A DNA stretch of 64,000 bases from Chrysomallon squamiferum (lineage: Eukaryota > Animalia > Mollusca). Of this stretch, positions 18,781-32,700 are shown piece after piece. The notes under the pieces were generated by a model. It had not been told where the DNA came from and ran no database searches. It saw only the letters and a list, made by a program, of their open reading frames with translations. The stretch spans positions 15,810,001 to 15,874,000 of the forward strand of contig CM022678.1 in the NCBI GenBank assembly GCA_012295275.1. Direction: 5' to 3'. Numbering within the stretch: the first letter of the stretch is position 1; every line of letters begins with the position of its first letter. A program made the position numbers and the translations under genes.

Positions 18781-20365
18781 CTACGACAAAAACAATGGAA
18801 ACAGTAGTAAAGCGGTCATGGCTGCTTCTTCAGGGGAGATACACACAACCTTGTTGAGTTTATGAAATTTGTTCAGAACTTCATCTGCTGTAGGTCTCAG
18901 ATTCGGATCATGATCCCAGCACTGATTCATCACTGGGTAGATATCTTCATCAATTCGGATATCTTCGGGAATGTTCGGAATCATTCCCTTCTCGCCGACC
19001 TGCTTCCGTAGCTGAAATTCGTTGAGGTCATAAAAGGGTTCTTCCTCGGTAAACACTTCCAGCATAACAAGTCCAAAGGAATAAACATCGGCTTTTATAT
19101 ACTGCTCACGATTGAGTCGCTCACCACGGAGAACTTCGGGCGCTGAGTATCGGGGTGTGCCTCTGTTTCGGTAACTTCCAGACATGGACGTTTCTGTTTC
19201 CGCCTTCATCATACTCAGCCCAAAGTCGGTGAGTTTCGCTGTAATGTTGCGGTAAGGTTGCTCTTCATCTTGCTCTGTCTCAGGCATATTCAGCAAGATG
19301 TTTTTTGATTTCATGTCGCAGTGAGCCACGCCGATCTCATGCATGTACGCCAGTCCAGCACACACTTGTGTAATTATCGCAAGTTTCTCTGTGTCATCAA
19401 ACACTATATCCTGAAATCAACATAATACCTATTAAAATTAATATACCTATCAAACCACTCTATCTCGATCTCGACCATGTTTAGAAATATTTAGTTTTCT
19501 GAGTCTTACACAAATGCCTGGACATTTATACATTTCTGCCTCACTTATACATTTATACACGATTATTAGATTTACCTTTTCGCAATGAAGTGCATCAAAT
19601 AAGCTCAAATCCATTAGTTCCATAACAATGCAGAGATTGGGAGGGTCGACAGAACCACCAAGAAATCTGACAATGTTCTTGTGCTTCAGTTTTATCAACA
19701 GTTCCACCTCTCTGATAAATTCTTTCAGTCTACGATCAGAAACCTTCTGCACGTGCAGCTTCTTCACAGCAACAGGTTGTTTCTTCCAAATCGCAAAATA
19801 AACAACTCCGAACGAACCTTGGCCTATTTTCTTCCTTAGACGGAGCTCTTCAAAGGAAATCAGTCCTCCACTCTGTTTTTCATAGTCCTTCGTGTTTGTT
19901 CTTGGCTGCTGGTATGTTTGACACTCTTCCTGCCATTGGTCTACTGCTTTCACGCGGTTGGTTACGAACCTGGCGTATTCAAGGTATTCCTGCAGTTCGT
20001 CTGCGAGGGTATTGTAGTCATCAGGTACCTATTATTTAGTAAAGAAAATGTAATTATCGTGCAGATGTCAGCTAGGTTATCACTAATTCAAAATACCCAG
20101 ACGATGGGAAATATTTGTTTCTTATAAAAACATAAATAAAGTAACTTGTATCATGATGTCAATATGCAATTGTTCTTGTGATTTCGGATAACTGACGTTG
20201 CTAGTTAGTTTTGCTAACGCTTTGATAAAAAGTGGATATTTTGTAATGAAAAAACATCTTCATTTTCTAATATAATCCAAATAGCAAAGAGTTGTTTTCT
20301 GTCTTTCCCTCTTTTTCAAAAATGATAAACCTCTTCTTCATATTAATAAAAATATTTGAGAAAAG

Positions 20366-20462
<97 letters not shown>

Positions 20463-20475
20463 CAGAAGATTAAAA

Positions 20476-20506
<31 letters not shown>

Positions 20507-21514
20507 AATTAAACATATTTCTGTTTATTTTTTTATCGCTAATAACATTTTGCTATGCGTGGGTGCATGTGTCTGTGAGTGTGCGTATAAGTGTATATTC
20601 TAAAACTAACCATATCAATTAGACGTTGCTTCGCCCTTTCAATTTTTTCTTTAATTTCGTCACCTCGTCTCGGATTTCTCGGATTTCTCGGTGTATCTGT
20701 CCGGCTTTTTGCCTTTCTTGAAATCGGTTTAGATCCGATCGGCAGTCCTACTCTGTTGTGTCTTCGGTTGAAATCGTTGTCTTTATAAACCTTGACTGAA
20801 GATCAAAAAAGAAAACAAAGAAAATAAAAATAAAAATAAAGTTTAAAAATAATATAAATGAATAAATAATAGTTCTGACATATTACATTCAAATATTCAT
20901 CAAGATGGCCAAAGTGACTTAGTGTATCAAAGAGACAAATCATCTAACATACCTGTTACTGAAGAGTCAGATCTAGAAATGACAGCTGTTCCTTTCTCCA
21001 TTCCCACACGTCCCAAAATTCGATTGAAGGCGTTGTCAACATAGGTTCCACTTGACCTTTGACTTCTGCCCTTGGAGGAGCCAGATTTAGAAATGACAGC
21101 TGTTCCTTTCTCCATTCCCACACGACCCAAAATTCGATTGAAGACGTTGTCAACATAGGTTCCACTTGACCTTTGACTTCCGGCACTGGAGGAGCCAGAT
21201 CTAGAAATGACAGCTGTTCCATACTCCATTCCCACACGACCCACACTTCTGTTGTAGGCGTTGTCAACATAGCTTCCAGTTGAACTTTGACTTCCGGCAC
21301 TGGAGGAGCCAGATCTAGAAATGACAGCTGTTCCATACTCCATTCCCACACGACCCACACTTCTGTTGTAGGCGTTGTCAACATAGGTTCCACTTGACCT
21401 TAGACTTCCGGCACTGGAGGAGCCTGATCTAGAAATGACAGCTGTTCCATACTCCATTCCAACTCGACCCATACGCCTATTGTAGGCGTTGTCAACATAG
21501 GCTCCTTTAGGCAT
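18781..21514 (-). CDS. TKL kinase with YxDNxxNRxxxRVG repeats, copy B; intact, ~609 aa. Exons 21514-20953, 20795-20611, 20028-19576, 19410-18781
   Basis: Exon lengths 562+185+453+630 splice in frame. GQGSFG, VAVK, HCDMKSKN, DFG, APE. Five 38-aa (114-bp) repeats in exon 1 and one in exon 2; extended hydrophobic C-terminus. Confidence 0.92.
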
Positions 21515-22043
21515 TTTGAGTTAAATAACTACAAATGGATGAAAATATATGTTAAAAATGTGTTGTGAAACTGGTGTAGAGCGAAAGGTGATAATTTGTC
21601 TGTGTGTGACAAAACGTAACTCTCCATCTTATTGCAAATACCCTTTTTATTATCATTATCAGATTATCGTCGTTATCATCATTATCAATCATCGTCATCA
21701 TCATCATCATCATCATCATATTATTATTATTATAAAAGTGAAATTTACCTTAAATTTAGAAATTTATAGAACACAAATACCCTCCGCAAAGACACTGTAA
21801 ACTGAAACTACAAATTCAGTAATGTCCTGGAAATTATATTTATCGTGTGTGGGTTAAGATAAGAGGGAAATACTAGCTTCGTTTCAGAGACATTATTGAT
21901 ATTATTGTATAGGCTTGAGTTTATATATATGTGTCTTTCTGTATTTGTGTATTATACATGTGCGATTGTGTTACTGTGTGCTGATGAGTGGGTGTGATTT
22001 GCGTGGGTATAATTTTATTTTTAGATATGTAATCTCTCTCTCT

Positions 22044-22116
<73 letters not shown>

Positions 22117-23041
22117 ATAAATATTTATATATTATTATTTAGGACTTTCTATTTCTAATACTTTTGTTTATTTTATTTTTTTATTTTTTGAAGTCATGTT
22201 TATTACAGCTACCAGTGTCATTGTTATTGTTATTATTAATCTTCATCATCATCATAGTACTACTACTGCCACTGCTACTGCAGCTGCTGGAACTACTTCT
22301 ACTACTGCTATAATTATTACTACTAATACTACTAGTGTTATTAGTACTACTTTTAATGCTGGTACTAGTTCTACTTATACTGTAACTTTTGCTCTACTAT
22401 TTATGCTAGTGTTATTAGTATTACTATTACATTTGCTAGTATTACTCCTACTACTGCTATTGCAAACTGTTCCGCTATTGCTATTATTAATACTAGTATT
22501 ACTACGACTGCTGCTTATTAGAACTACTATTGCCATGCGCTGCTGCTGTTGATCTACTGCTGCCAGTACTACTATTACAATTACTGCTACTACTACGTTT
22601 TATGTTCGATGATTATCGTAATTAATCAACTCCATTACACAATTAAAGGAATTGTTTCCTCTTGTTATGGTATTTGCATTTATTATTATTATAGTGTTAA
22701 CAGTAAATCATTATTTATTTATTCATTTATTCATGATTCATATTTATAATTAATTATACATAATCTTTACAAACTGTTATACATAATATTTGTTGTAATG
22801 TATATTATAGCATTAATGTAAATAGCAGTGTAGAAACTATTATCGGTCAGTTAGTATTACCGGAAGTGTTAATGTAACAGATCATGGATGTACGTATGAC
22901 GCGGACTGATGTGTGACCTGATTAAGCAGACTAGAGTTTGTTAAAATCTCAAATAGAATTCATAACTTTTAATCTGATGATAAATTGTAACATTATTTAT
23001 ACTGAAGTATAACATGCATTAAATTGTTTTTAAGAACCGGA

Positions 23042-23104
<63 letters not shown>

Positions 23105-23389
23105 TAATAAATTAAGTAAGTAAGTAAGTAATACAGGTATGTGAATGTTACATAATATCTGGAACACCTATTTAAAAATATTAATTGGTATACCAAAATA
23201 ACTTCTGCACATTCATCTCATTTGTTTTATGTTTTATATTAAGAACATACAGGATTTTGTGAAATTGTTTCACTTAGGAAAAATTTATTTATTGTAACAT
23301 TCAGAAATCATATGATCAAAATGAAGCTATTTGTACTGAAAGATAAATAAAAATATGTTATACTGAAATGAAATAAATACAAATTCCAG

Positions 23390-26034
23390 ATATTCTTAAA
23401 CAACTTTATTTCTTCAACAGAAATAAAAATTACTGTAAATAAATGAATTTATCTTTAATTTTATACTGTTTTTAATATGTAAAGAAAACTGACAACAGAC
23501 TGTATATATAGATATATATAGATATATATCTTTTTGTTAATCTCCTTTATGTTGTAGTTAATTTGAAAACACTAGTTTCTAAATCTTCATTGTCACTGTA
23601 TGAGGTAATTACAATTTTAAGTTATATATGTTTCTTAATCTTCTTCACATAGTCTATGAGATGCAGTTAATTAAAGCTATGCCTATCTTGCCACTGACTG
23701 AACAAGCTGAACTGACAGAAGATGAAGATTTTCACTTTTTGTTACAGAAGAACTAACTGCAGTAGGACAAAATGCTTGCTTGGTTTCTGAATCGATGTGT
23801 AACTATTCATTTTTATTATGTCACTTAGTCATCAGTAAGATGGAGGGAATATGAGGATACTGGTATACAAACTGACAACATCATCATCATCACCACTGTA
23901 AGATTGTAACTATACATTATTATAATATCTCTTTGTTTTCTTAAGTTTGAAAGACTGTGTTAGTCTGAGGTTATGTCTCTTTAAAATCAACTGTTGTTGT
24001 AATTTTCTATATCATCAGCATCATCTTCATTGTCATCATCATCATCATCATCATCACTATAAGATGTAACTATACTTTTTTATCTCTGTTTCTTTGTCTT
24101 CTTCAGTCAGTAAGAATTTGTTCACCTCAGGATACTCATCATCTTTATCATCATCATCATCGTCCCTTTATGACACTGTACATTTATATGTCTCTTTATA
24201 CTCATCATCATTGACAACATTGTCACTTTATTACACAACTATAAATTTGTATGTCTCTTTGACTTCTTTGGCCTGTCTATCTGTAAGATGGAGTGAACAT
24301 GAGGATATTCATCTGTAAAATAAACATCATCCTCATCATCTTCATTGTCAGAGAACAGCAACATCGCTCCTGACTGCATCAACACCAACATTGGAAAATA
24401 CCTGAAAGAGAGATACTGAGATAGAACAGTAAGTGATTAAATTAGCTGTAAAACAGAATGTAGAAAATCTACACTCTTAACTTCTGATTAATGACAATGA
24501 AATAAATAATTATAGTGTAATTATAACAAGATGAATGAATATTCTAGTAAGATTATCTCTGATTATCTGTTTATTATCTGTAAGTTATTATTTTACTGAT
24601 TGGGATAATCTATCACTGCTCAAAACAAAGTGTGACAATAATTCAGTAAAATCAGAAACGTTTACAGTTAAGTCACCATTCCTCTCCTTCATAAATCAAA
24701 TCAACAGCTGTGATGCCCATTACAAAATTCAAAAAAAAAAGAAAGAAGAGAAACTCCAGGAAATAAAGGTGACCCCAAAGCAGTCACTAAATATCTTAAG
24801 CAGCAGCTCTTTGGGATCTATAGTAAATTGCTTTAGAGCCTAAACTGATCCTGAGACTGAAAGTTTGTGTACTATTTTAAAAACAACATAGAAGCCATTT
24901 TAAATAACATACTCAATACACATTTTATTAGTGATACTACCAGTCATTAAAAGCTCATTATCACAGACAGAAACACTGGTGTAATCTTGTAAACCTTCAG
25001 TGAAACAATTCACATGATTAATACTGAAAATCTACATTAAAACAAAAAGGAACAAAAATGATAAATAATTAAATAAATAAATAATAATAAACTAACTCAG
25101 TTAAAAACAAAATGCAAAATGAAATAACATTCACAGAAAACATTAACTCAGAAAATAAAGGAATAAATATAATCAGTTAGCTTAAACATTTTCTTTACGC
25201 AGGGGAGACAACCTATATAATTAAACTTACAAAAAACCTGTTACAGAATAAAGTTTCAAATTATGCCCAGATGCTTGAAAAAAGAACACCACTAATTATT
25301 ATCACAACTATACTACTAGCACTGCTATTGCTATTGCTACTATGACAACAACTACTACAGGTTCAGGAAACTTTTTCTGATCTGTAGAAATATGATCATA
25401 TCTTACAGCTTTCACATTTTTTTAGCTTAAACAGTCATTAAGCCACAAATCATTAAAAAAGTTGTATAAAAAAATCCTGCATACTAATTTTGTAAGCAGT
25501 ATATAAAATTCAGGTCCTATTTTCAGGCTTTTTCCTTACATTCTCATATCAAAACAATTCCAGTCATAGGCATTTCAGATAAGAAACTATTACTGCTCCT
25601 ACTGCTGTTGCAGCTACCCTGCTACTGCTGCTACAACAACTGTAACTATTCTTATTATTACATGATTTTTGTTTTCACCAGTACAAAAATGACTTTTTTT
25701 ACCAACAACAGAATCTGACATAAAAATAAGATAGTTAAATTTAAAATATACCTGTGAATCTGAGAATAAATAGTTTTAAACACTTTTAGCTGTTTCTAAA
25801 TAAAGTTTAACTTTTTTATTTTATTTTATTTGTTTATTTTGTTGTTTTTTAATTTAAGATTGATAATAGTAAATAGGGCTACAGAAGCAATCATTTTACT
25901 GTGTAATGATATTGTTACATTACTTAGTATGGAAGAAAATATTCATTATGAATAATCATGATAAATCAAAGATGCTAAAATTTTAACATTGTCATCATCA
26001 TCATCATCATAATGTTATTATTATGATTATTATG

Positions 26035-26070
<36 letters not shown>

Positions 26071-26541
26071 TTGATTTGCAGTTGCAAACATCACAGTCTA
26101 TACTAAGATTTATTTTGGTTATGGATTTTTGACTACAGACCAGAGCTAAATTCAAGATGTAAAATCAAAGGCAATACACAAATTCATTTGGGGTAGAGAT
26201 GTTAAAACAACTATATTTTATGTTGCCTGTAGCCAGATCTCTTTGAGATAGGAATCTGTTACAACTGCTATCACTATAATGGGGGGGGTTATTAAGTTAC
26301 AGACTGCATTTAGAACAATTTGAATAGACATTTTAGTTCCACTATAAGCAAGAATGTTGTAAGATTTCAAGTGTTTCTAATCATTCTTCATTATTTTTTT
26401 TACCAATTTCTGACTTCTATTAACATTTTTTGTTGTTGTCCAATATCTACTTAAAACTGAGACCAGTTTGCTCAGTGAAAAACTTTTCATAACTGATTTC
26501 ACAAACCTTTCAAAATATAGGGAATGGTGAACCAACTGTTT

Positions 26542-26576
<35 letters not shown>

Positions 26577-27780
26577 TTATCTGTTTACAGATTGTATCTG
26601 AAACAAGCAACAATAAAATTAATTGAGTTTTCAGAATATTTATTTATTTGTTTATTAATTTTCAGAATGTAAATGATTTTCTCATAGAATACAATGATTA
26701 TATAAATTAATATTTAATTGATTATTATAAAATTTTTAAAAGTAAATAATAATTGAGCCTTGCAAATATTCACTGATGACTCATCCTTTTAAAGCTTTTA
26801 ATCTCTAAACTCATTTAGACCAGTGTGTTTCCATCTCTTTCTTATTCCTCTTCCTCAAACTGATTTATTTCATTTATTAATACTTAAAGTAATTTGATAG
26901 ATACATGTAGTAAATGTTGGATGTTGAATGAAGCTTAGAGGTAATATATATATATAATTTTTTTGTCCAGTTTTCCATTTATTTTCCTTTATTTACCTTC
27001 TCATTTAATGTATCTTGGAATTTTAGCTGCAGACTTCTCTATACAAGAAAACATTTTTGGGAAGCATCTATAACTCTATCAGTAAGTGTACAGTGTAATA
27101 AAAATATAGATCAATGTTTATTTTCTGCATAACTAAGCAGAGTGTAATTATTTCCAGTTGCAACTAGGACCCATTTCTTGTTTACAGAAGCACAAGGCAT
27201 ACTTGTTTGATTAGAAAAGGCAAAAATTCAGACCTGTATTTGTTTTAGCTGCTGCATTCAAAGCTGAAGTATTAGAAAATAGTCTTGTTTCACGTTTTAT
27301 CTTCGACAAAATTCTTTCATCTTTGTCTGTCATCACTGCTCTTTTGTTTGTTGCATCTCTGCCAACAGGAAAAGTGTGCCTAGCTTGTTATCACTCGCCT
27401 TGGCTCTTATTGGACAAGCTGAAGTGATTGAAGATGAATATTTTCCACTTTTTTGTTACAGAAGAACTAACTGGAGTAGATGGACAAGATGCTGGTTTGG
27501 TTCTGGTCATGGTTTTCAGAAAATCTACAAAAGTCTTTTGTTTTTTGTTCACTAAATTTCTTGCACTGGTTTCTGAATTTGTTGCTGGGTTCTGCTGCTT
27601 GTATTAGTGTTAAATACTGGATTAATATTATCAGAATATCACTCTGAGAATTCGAAGCATCTGTAAAAGGTGAAATTTTACTACTACAGATTTTTCCTTT
27701 ATTTGAAAATAATGTTTGTTTCTGAGGTGTCAGTGCAGAAGATTCTGACCCACAGCTGTTTGTTTTGGAGGTAAAACATA
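23390..27780 (-). pseudogene. Second duplicated 3' fragment of the coiled-coil/TQT gene, more degenerate
   Basis: 27230-27780 is homologous to 50000-50600; last-exon copy at about 24400; same right-hand breakpoint as the first fragment. Confidence 0.85.
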
Positions 27781-29318
27781 TCTTCTACAGTACATTATTG
27801 AAACAGGACACGTCCATTTTTATACTGTATCGCGTGTAAAACTCCAGACCAGATGTTACTGCAGTTTACACAGGTCGAGCTTTTAAAATTAGATTTCACT
27901 GTTAGAACCGACCATGGACATTTTAAATGTGGTTGCTGTGATATAGCATTTAACGGATGGAATTAAGTACTGGTTATCAACATTTTAAATGTGGTTGTGT
28001 TATTATATTTTACGTGTAGAATTAAGTACTGGTTTTCAACATTTTAAATGGTTGTTGTGTTATTGGATTTACGGATAAAAATTAAGAACTAGTAATTAAC
28101 AATTTAAATATTATTAGATTTTTACAGATAGAATTAAGTACTAGCTAGGAACATTTTAAATCTGACTGTTATGTTACTAGATTTACGGATATAATTAAAA
28201 CTAGTATTTAACATCTTAAATGTGTGGGGGGTGTATTTATGTTTACGAGTTTTACAAGCGTACTTATGGAGTTTCAGTTTGGAATTATTCGTCTGTATAT
28301 AAAAATGTCAAGAGTTTTGAGTAGGCATCATAGGGTCATAATATTAACAGGTAATGGAAACAATGGAATGTTTGTCTAATTACATTTTTCAGTTTGTTTT
28401 CTTATGTCACTATACATGTGTTTGTATATATGCATGTATTTATGTTTGTGTGTGTGTGTATCTTTATATATATATATATCTGAAATGTAAACAGCAGAAA
28501 CAGATATCTCTTACACCTGCAGACACCAAAAAATACAAACAATATATAATAAATTAATTGTTTTATTTTCATCAGCTGACCACTTTTGACAATAAGCTAA
28601 AGTTACATGTTAAATCTGCAACTAATCTAAATTAAACTGTAACACAATCCGAAACAAAGTTTTTATTTTAGTAGTACTAGCAGTTGTAGTTGTAATAGTA
28701 GTAGTAGTAGTAGTAATATATAAGAAAAAAAAATCCATCACCAACAAAATGTCAAGGATATGTAAATAAGAAAAAAAGGTTAATAATAAAATTGATTAAA
28801 TAAATGCCTGTTCATTCATAAAATAATTATTATTATTATTTTTTTTAATAACAACCCAAACTGTTTTGCTTACAAATTTTACTTTGCACGATATTTGTAA
28901 ACTTACATATTTGTTCATAGCAGTATACTCAGCCACTTTCAGGTATTTAGAAAGCAAATAATAACAAAAATAAATTTAAAAAAACAAACAATTATCAGTG
29001 ATACATCACTGTGTGTGTGTGTGTGGTAAATGTTGTAATATTAATTGCATATTAATAATTTATTAAAACATTTTTTAACTTATCACATGATAAATTTCAA
29101 ATTAAAAAACGCAGAACAGTCAAGCATCAGTCTGTATGTGTGGGTGCGTGCGTGTTTCTATATTTGTGAATGAAACTAAATACACATCAATGCATTTTAT
29201 TATAAAAACAAAATGAATTAAAAATAAAAGATAAAAATTAAATCCAAAATAATTCAGAAAATAAAACGAAAAGTACGTTCCGAAAGAGCTAACTACGTTT
29301 GTGTGTGTGACCTTGAGC

Positions 29319-29460
29319 TTATGAAATTGTTTTCAGAACTTTATCTGATGTAGGTCTTAAATTCGGTTCGAATGCCCAGCACAGTTTCATCAATTCATGG
29401 ATATCTAGAGCAATTTCGATATCTTCGGGAATCTTTGGAACATCTTTCCATTTTTTGTTC
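29319..29460 (-). pseudogene. Orphan kinase C-lobe tail fragment
   Basis: Translates ...IPEDIEIALDIHELMKLCWAFEPNLRPTSDKVLKTIS*, homologous to the end of exon 4, with no upstream kinase sequence. Confidence 0.8.
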
Positions 29461-29772
29461 ATAATATTCACGTCTTCCGGGTAATAAAAGGGTATTTTCT
29501 GTGTAAGCATTGTTTATTAACAAGTTACATAAAAATTAACTGTTAGAGTGTGAATAATGGAAACTACATACGAACCCATGCATTTTATTATTTAAACAAA
29601 ATGACATAAATAATAATAGGTAAAAATAAAATTCAATAAACGAATTTCAAAACAAAAATTTGAACAAAATAATCCTGAAAAATATAACGAAAACTGAATT
29701 CCGAAAGACCTAACTACAACAAAAACATTGGCAACAGTAGCAACCATGCTTCTTCAGGGTAGATAACCCTGT

Positions 29773-32700
29773 TTATGAAATTGTTTTCAGAATATCATCT
29801 GCTGTAGGTCTTCTCTTCGAATCACGTTCCCAGCAACGATTCATCACTGAGTAGATACCTCGAGCAATTCGGATATCTTTGGGAATGTTCGGAATCATTT
29901 CCTTCTCGCCGATCTGCTTCCGTAGCTGCATTTCGTCGAGTTTATAAAAGGGTTCTTCCTCGGTAAACACTTCCAGCATAACAAGTCCAAAGGAATAAAC
30001 ATCGGCTTTTGTATACTGCTCACGATTGAGTCGCTCACCACGGAGAACTTCGGGCGCTGAGTATCGGGGTGTGCCTGTGTTTCGGAAACATCCCGTTTCT
30101 GTGTTTCGTCTGCCCAAAGTCGGTGATTTTCGCTGTAATGTTCAGGTAAGGGTGCTCTTCATCTTGCTTTATCTCAGGTATATTCAGCAAGATGTTTTTT
30201 GATTTTATGTTGCAGTGAGCCACGCGGATCTTATGCATGTAAGCCAGTCCAGCACACACTTGTGTAATTATCCTAAGTTTCTCTCTGTCATCAAACACTA
30301 TATCCTGAAATCAACAGAATATCTATTATAATTAATATACCTCTCAAAGCACTCTATCTAGATCTCGACCGGGTTTAGAAATATATAATTTTCTGTGTTT
30401 ACAGAAATGCCTGGACATTTATAAATTTCTGCCTCACTTATGCATATACATAAGAATGATTTTAATATTAAACAGATTTACCTCTTCGCAATGAAGTGCA
30501 TCAAATAAGCTGAAATCCATAAGTTCCGTTACAACGCAGAGTTTGGAAGTGTCTAAACTAATTCCAAGACGTCTGACAATGTTCTCGTGCTTCAGTTTCG
30601 ACGACAGTCTCGCCAATTTGAGAAATTCCTCACACATGTCACACTTGTGCAGAATCTTAACACCAACAGGCTGATCCTTCCAAATCGCAAAATAAACTGA
30701 TCCAAACCCTCCTAAGCCTATTTTATTCGTTAGCTCGAGCTCTTCAAAGGGAATCAAAACTGCACTATGTTCTTCGTCGTTTATGTTTGTTCGCGGCTGC
30801 TCGTATTTTTCATACTTTTCCTGCCAAGCGTCTACTGCGATCAGGCGGTTCCTCATAAACCAGGCATATTCAAGATTATACTCTGGCTTCGCAGGTAACT
30901 ATTTATTAGTGAAGAATAAATGAAATAAATTTAAAGAAAAATATTGAGCAGATGTCAGCTAGATTATCAAAATACCCAGATAACCTGAAAGATTTGTTTG
31001 TTATCAAAACATAAATAAAGTAACTTGTATTATAATATCAATACTATCAAGTTAGTATCAAGAGTCATTGATAAATTGTGTGTATTATGTAATGAAAACA
31101 TGTTAATTAATTATTAATAAAAACTAAACAGCGAAGAGTCGTGTTGTTTTATGTCTTTCACTCTTTTTTCAAAAATGAGAAAAGTTTCGTCATATTAATT
31201 TTATTTTTTATTCTCCTATTATCTCCCTGTATCAATGTTTGAGACAATGCTCGTATTTGTGTGTATCTGTAGGTATGTATGCATGCATGTATTTATGTAT
31301 TAATATGATGTCATTTTTTTATGACTGCGTACATGTGCGTGGATGTGTTTGCTTGTGCCTTTGTGAGACTGGATGTGTCAGTGTGTATGAGTGTGTGTGG
31401 GTGTGTCTCATATTCTAAAACTAACCATACGAATCAAACGTCGGTTCTCCTTTTCAATGTTTTCTTTAACTTTCTGACGTCGTTTCTCTTTTGTTTCCGG
31501 TTTATCTGTCAGATTTTTAACTTTCTTGAAATCGGTTTAGTTCCGATCGGCAGTCCTACTCTGTGATGCTTTCGGTTGAAATCATTGTCTTTGTAAAACC
31601 TGACTGATAGACAAAAATAAAATAAAATAAATTAAAATTAAAATTAAAGTTAAAAATTAAATCCAATAAATGAATTTAAAAACAGAAATCTGAATAAAAT
31701 ATTTCTGAAAATAAAACGAAAAGTACTTTCGGAAACATCTAACGACAACCAAAACTGGCAAAAGCAGTCAGGGGAAATACATACAACCTTTTGAAATTGC
31801 TTTCAAAACTTCATCTGGTGTAGGTCTTTTCTTCGTATCAGAGTCCAAGCACTTCTTCATCTCTGCTTTGATATCTTGATTGATTAATGCTTTCGAAATG
31901 CTCAGCAGTTTGTCCTTTCCCTGTTCTTGCATCGTCACTTCCTCGGTAAACACTTCCAGCATAACAAGTCCAAAGGAATAAATATCTCTTTTCATATACT
32001 TCGCCGAGTCTTGGTGTGTGCCTCCTTTCCCGACAGATCCGGAGGTTTTTGCTTCCTTCGTCATACTCCGTCTGAAGTCGGTGATTTTCGCTGTAATGTT
32101 CAGGTAAGGGTGCTCTTCATCTTGCTTTATCTCAGGTATATTCAGCAAGATGTTTTTTGATTTTATGTTGCAGTGAGCCACGCCGATCTCATGCATGTAA
32201 GCCAGTCCAGCACACACTTGTGTAATTATCCCAAGTTTCTCTCTGTCATCAAACACTATATCCTGAAATCAACAGAATATCTATTAAAATTAATATACCT
32301 CTCAAAGCACTCTATCTAGATCTCGACCATGTTTAGAAATATTTAATTTTCAGTGTTTACAGAAATGCCTGGACATTTATAAATTTCTGCCTCACTTATA
32401 CACATAAGAATGATTATTAATATTAAACAGATTTACCTCTTCGCAATGAAGTGCATCAAATAAGCTCAAATCCGTAAGTTCCATTACAACGCAGAGTTTG
32501 GAAGTGTCTAAACTAATTCCAAGACGTCTGACAATGTTCTCGTGCTTCAGTTTCGACGACAGTCTCACCTCTTTGAGAAATTCCTCACACATGTCACACT
32601 TGTGCAGAATCTTAACACCAACAGGCTGATCCTTCCAAATCGCAAAATAAACAAATCCAAACCCTCCTAAGCCTATTTCATTCGTTAGCTCGAGCTCTTC

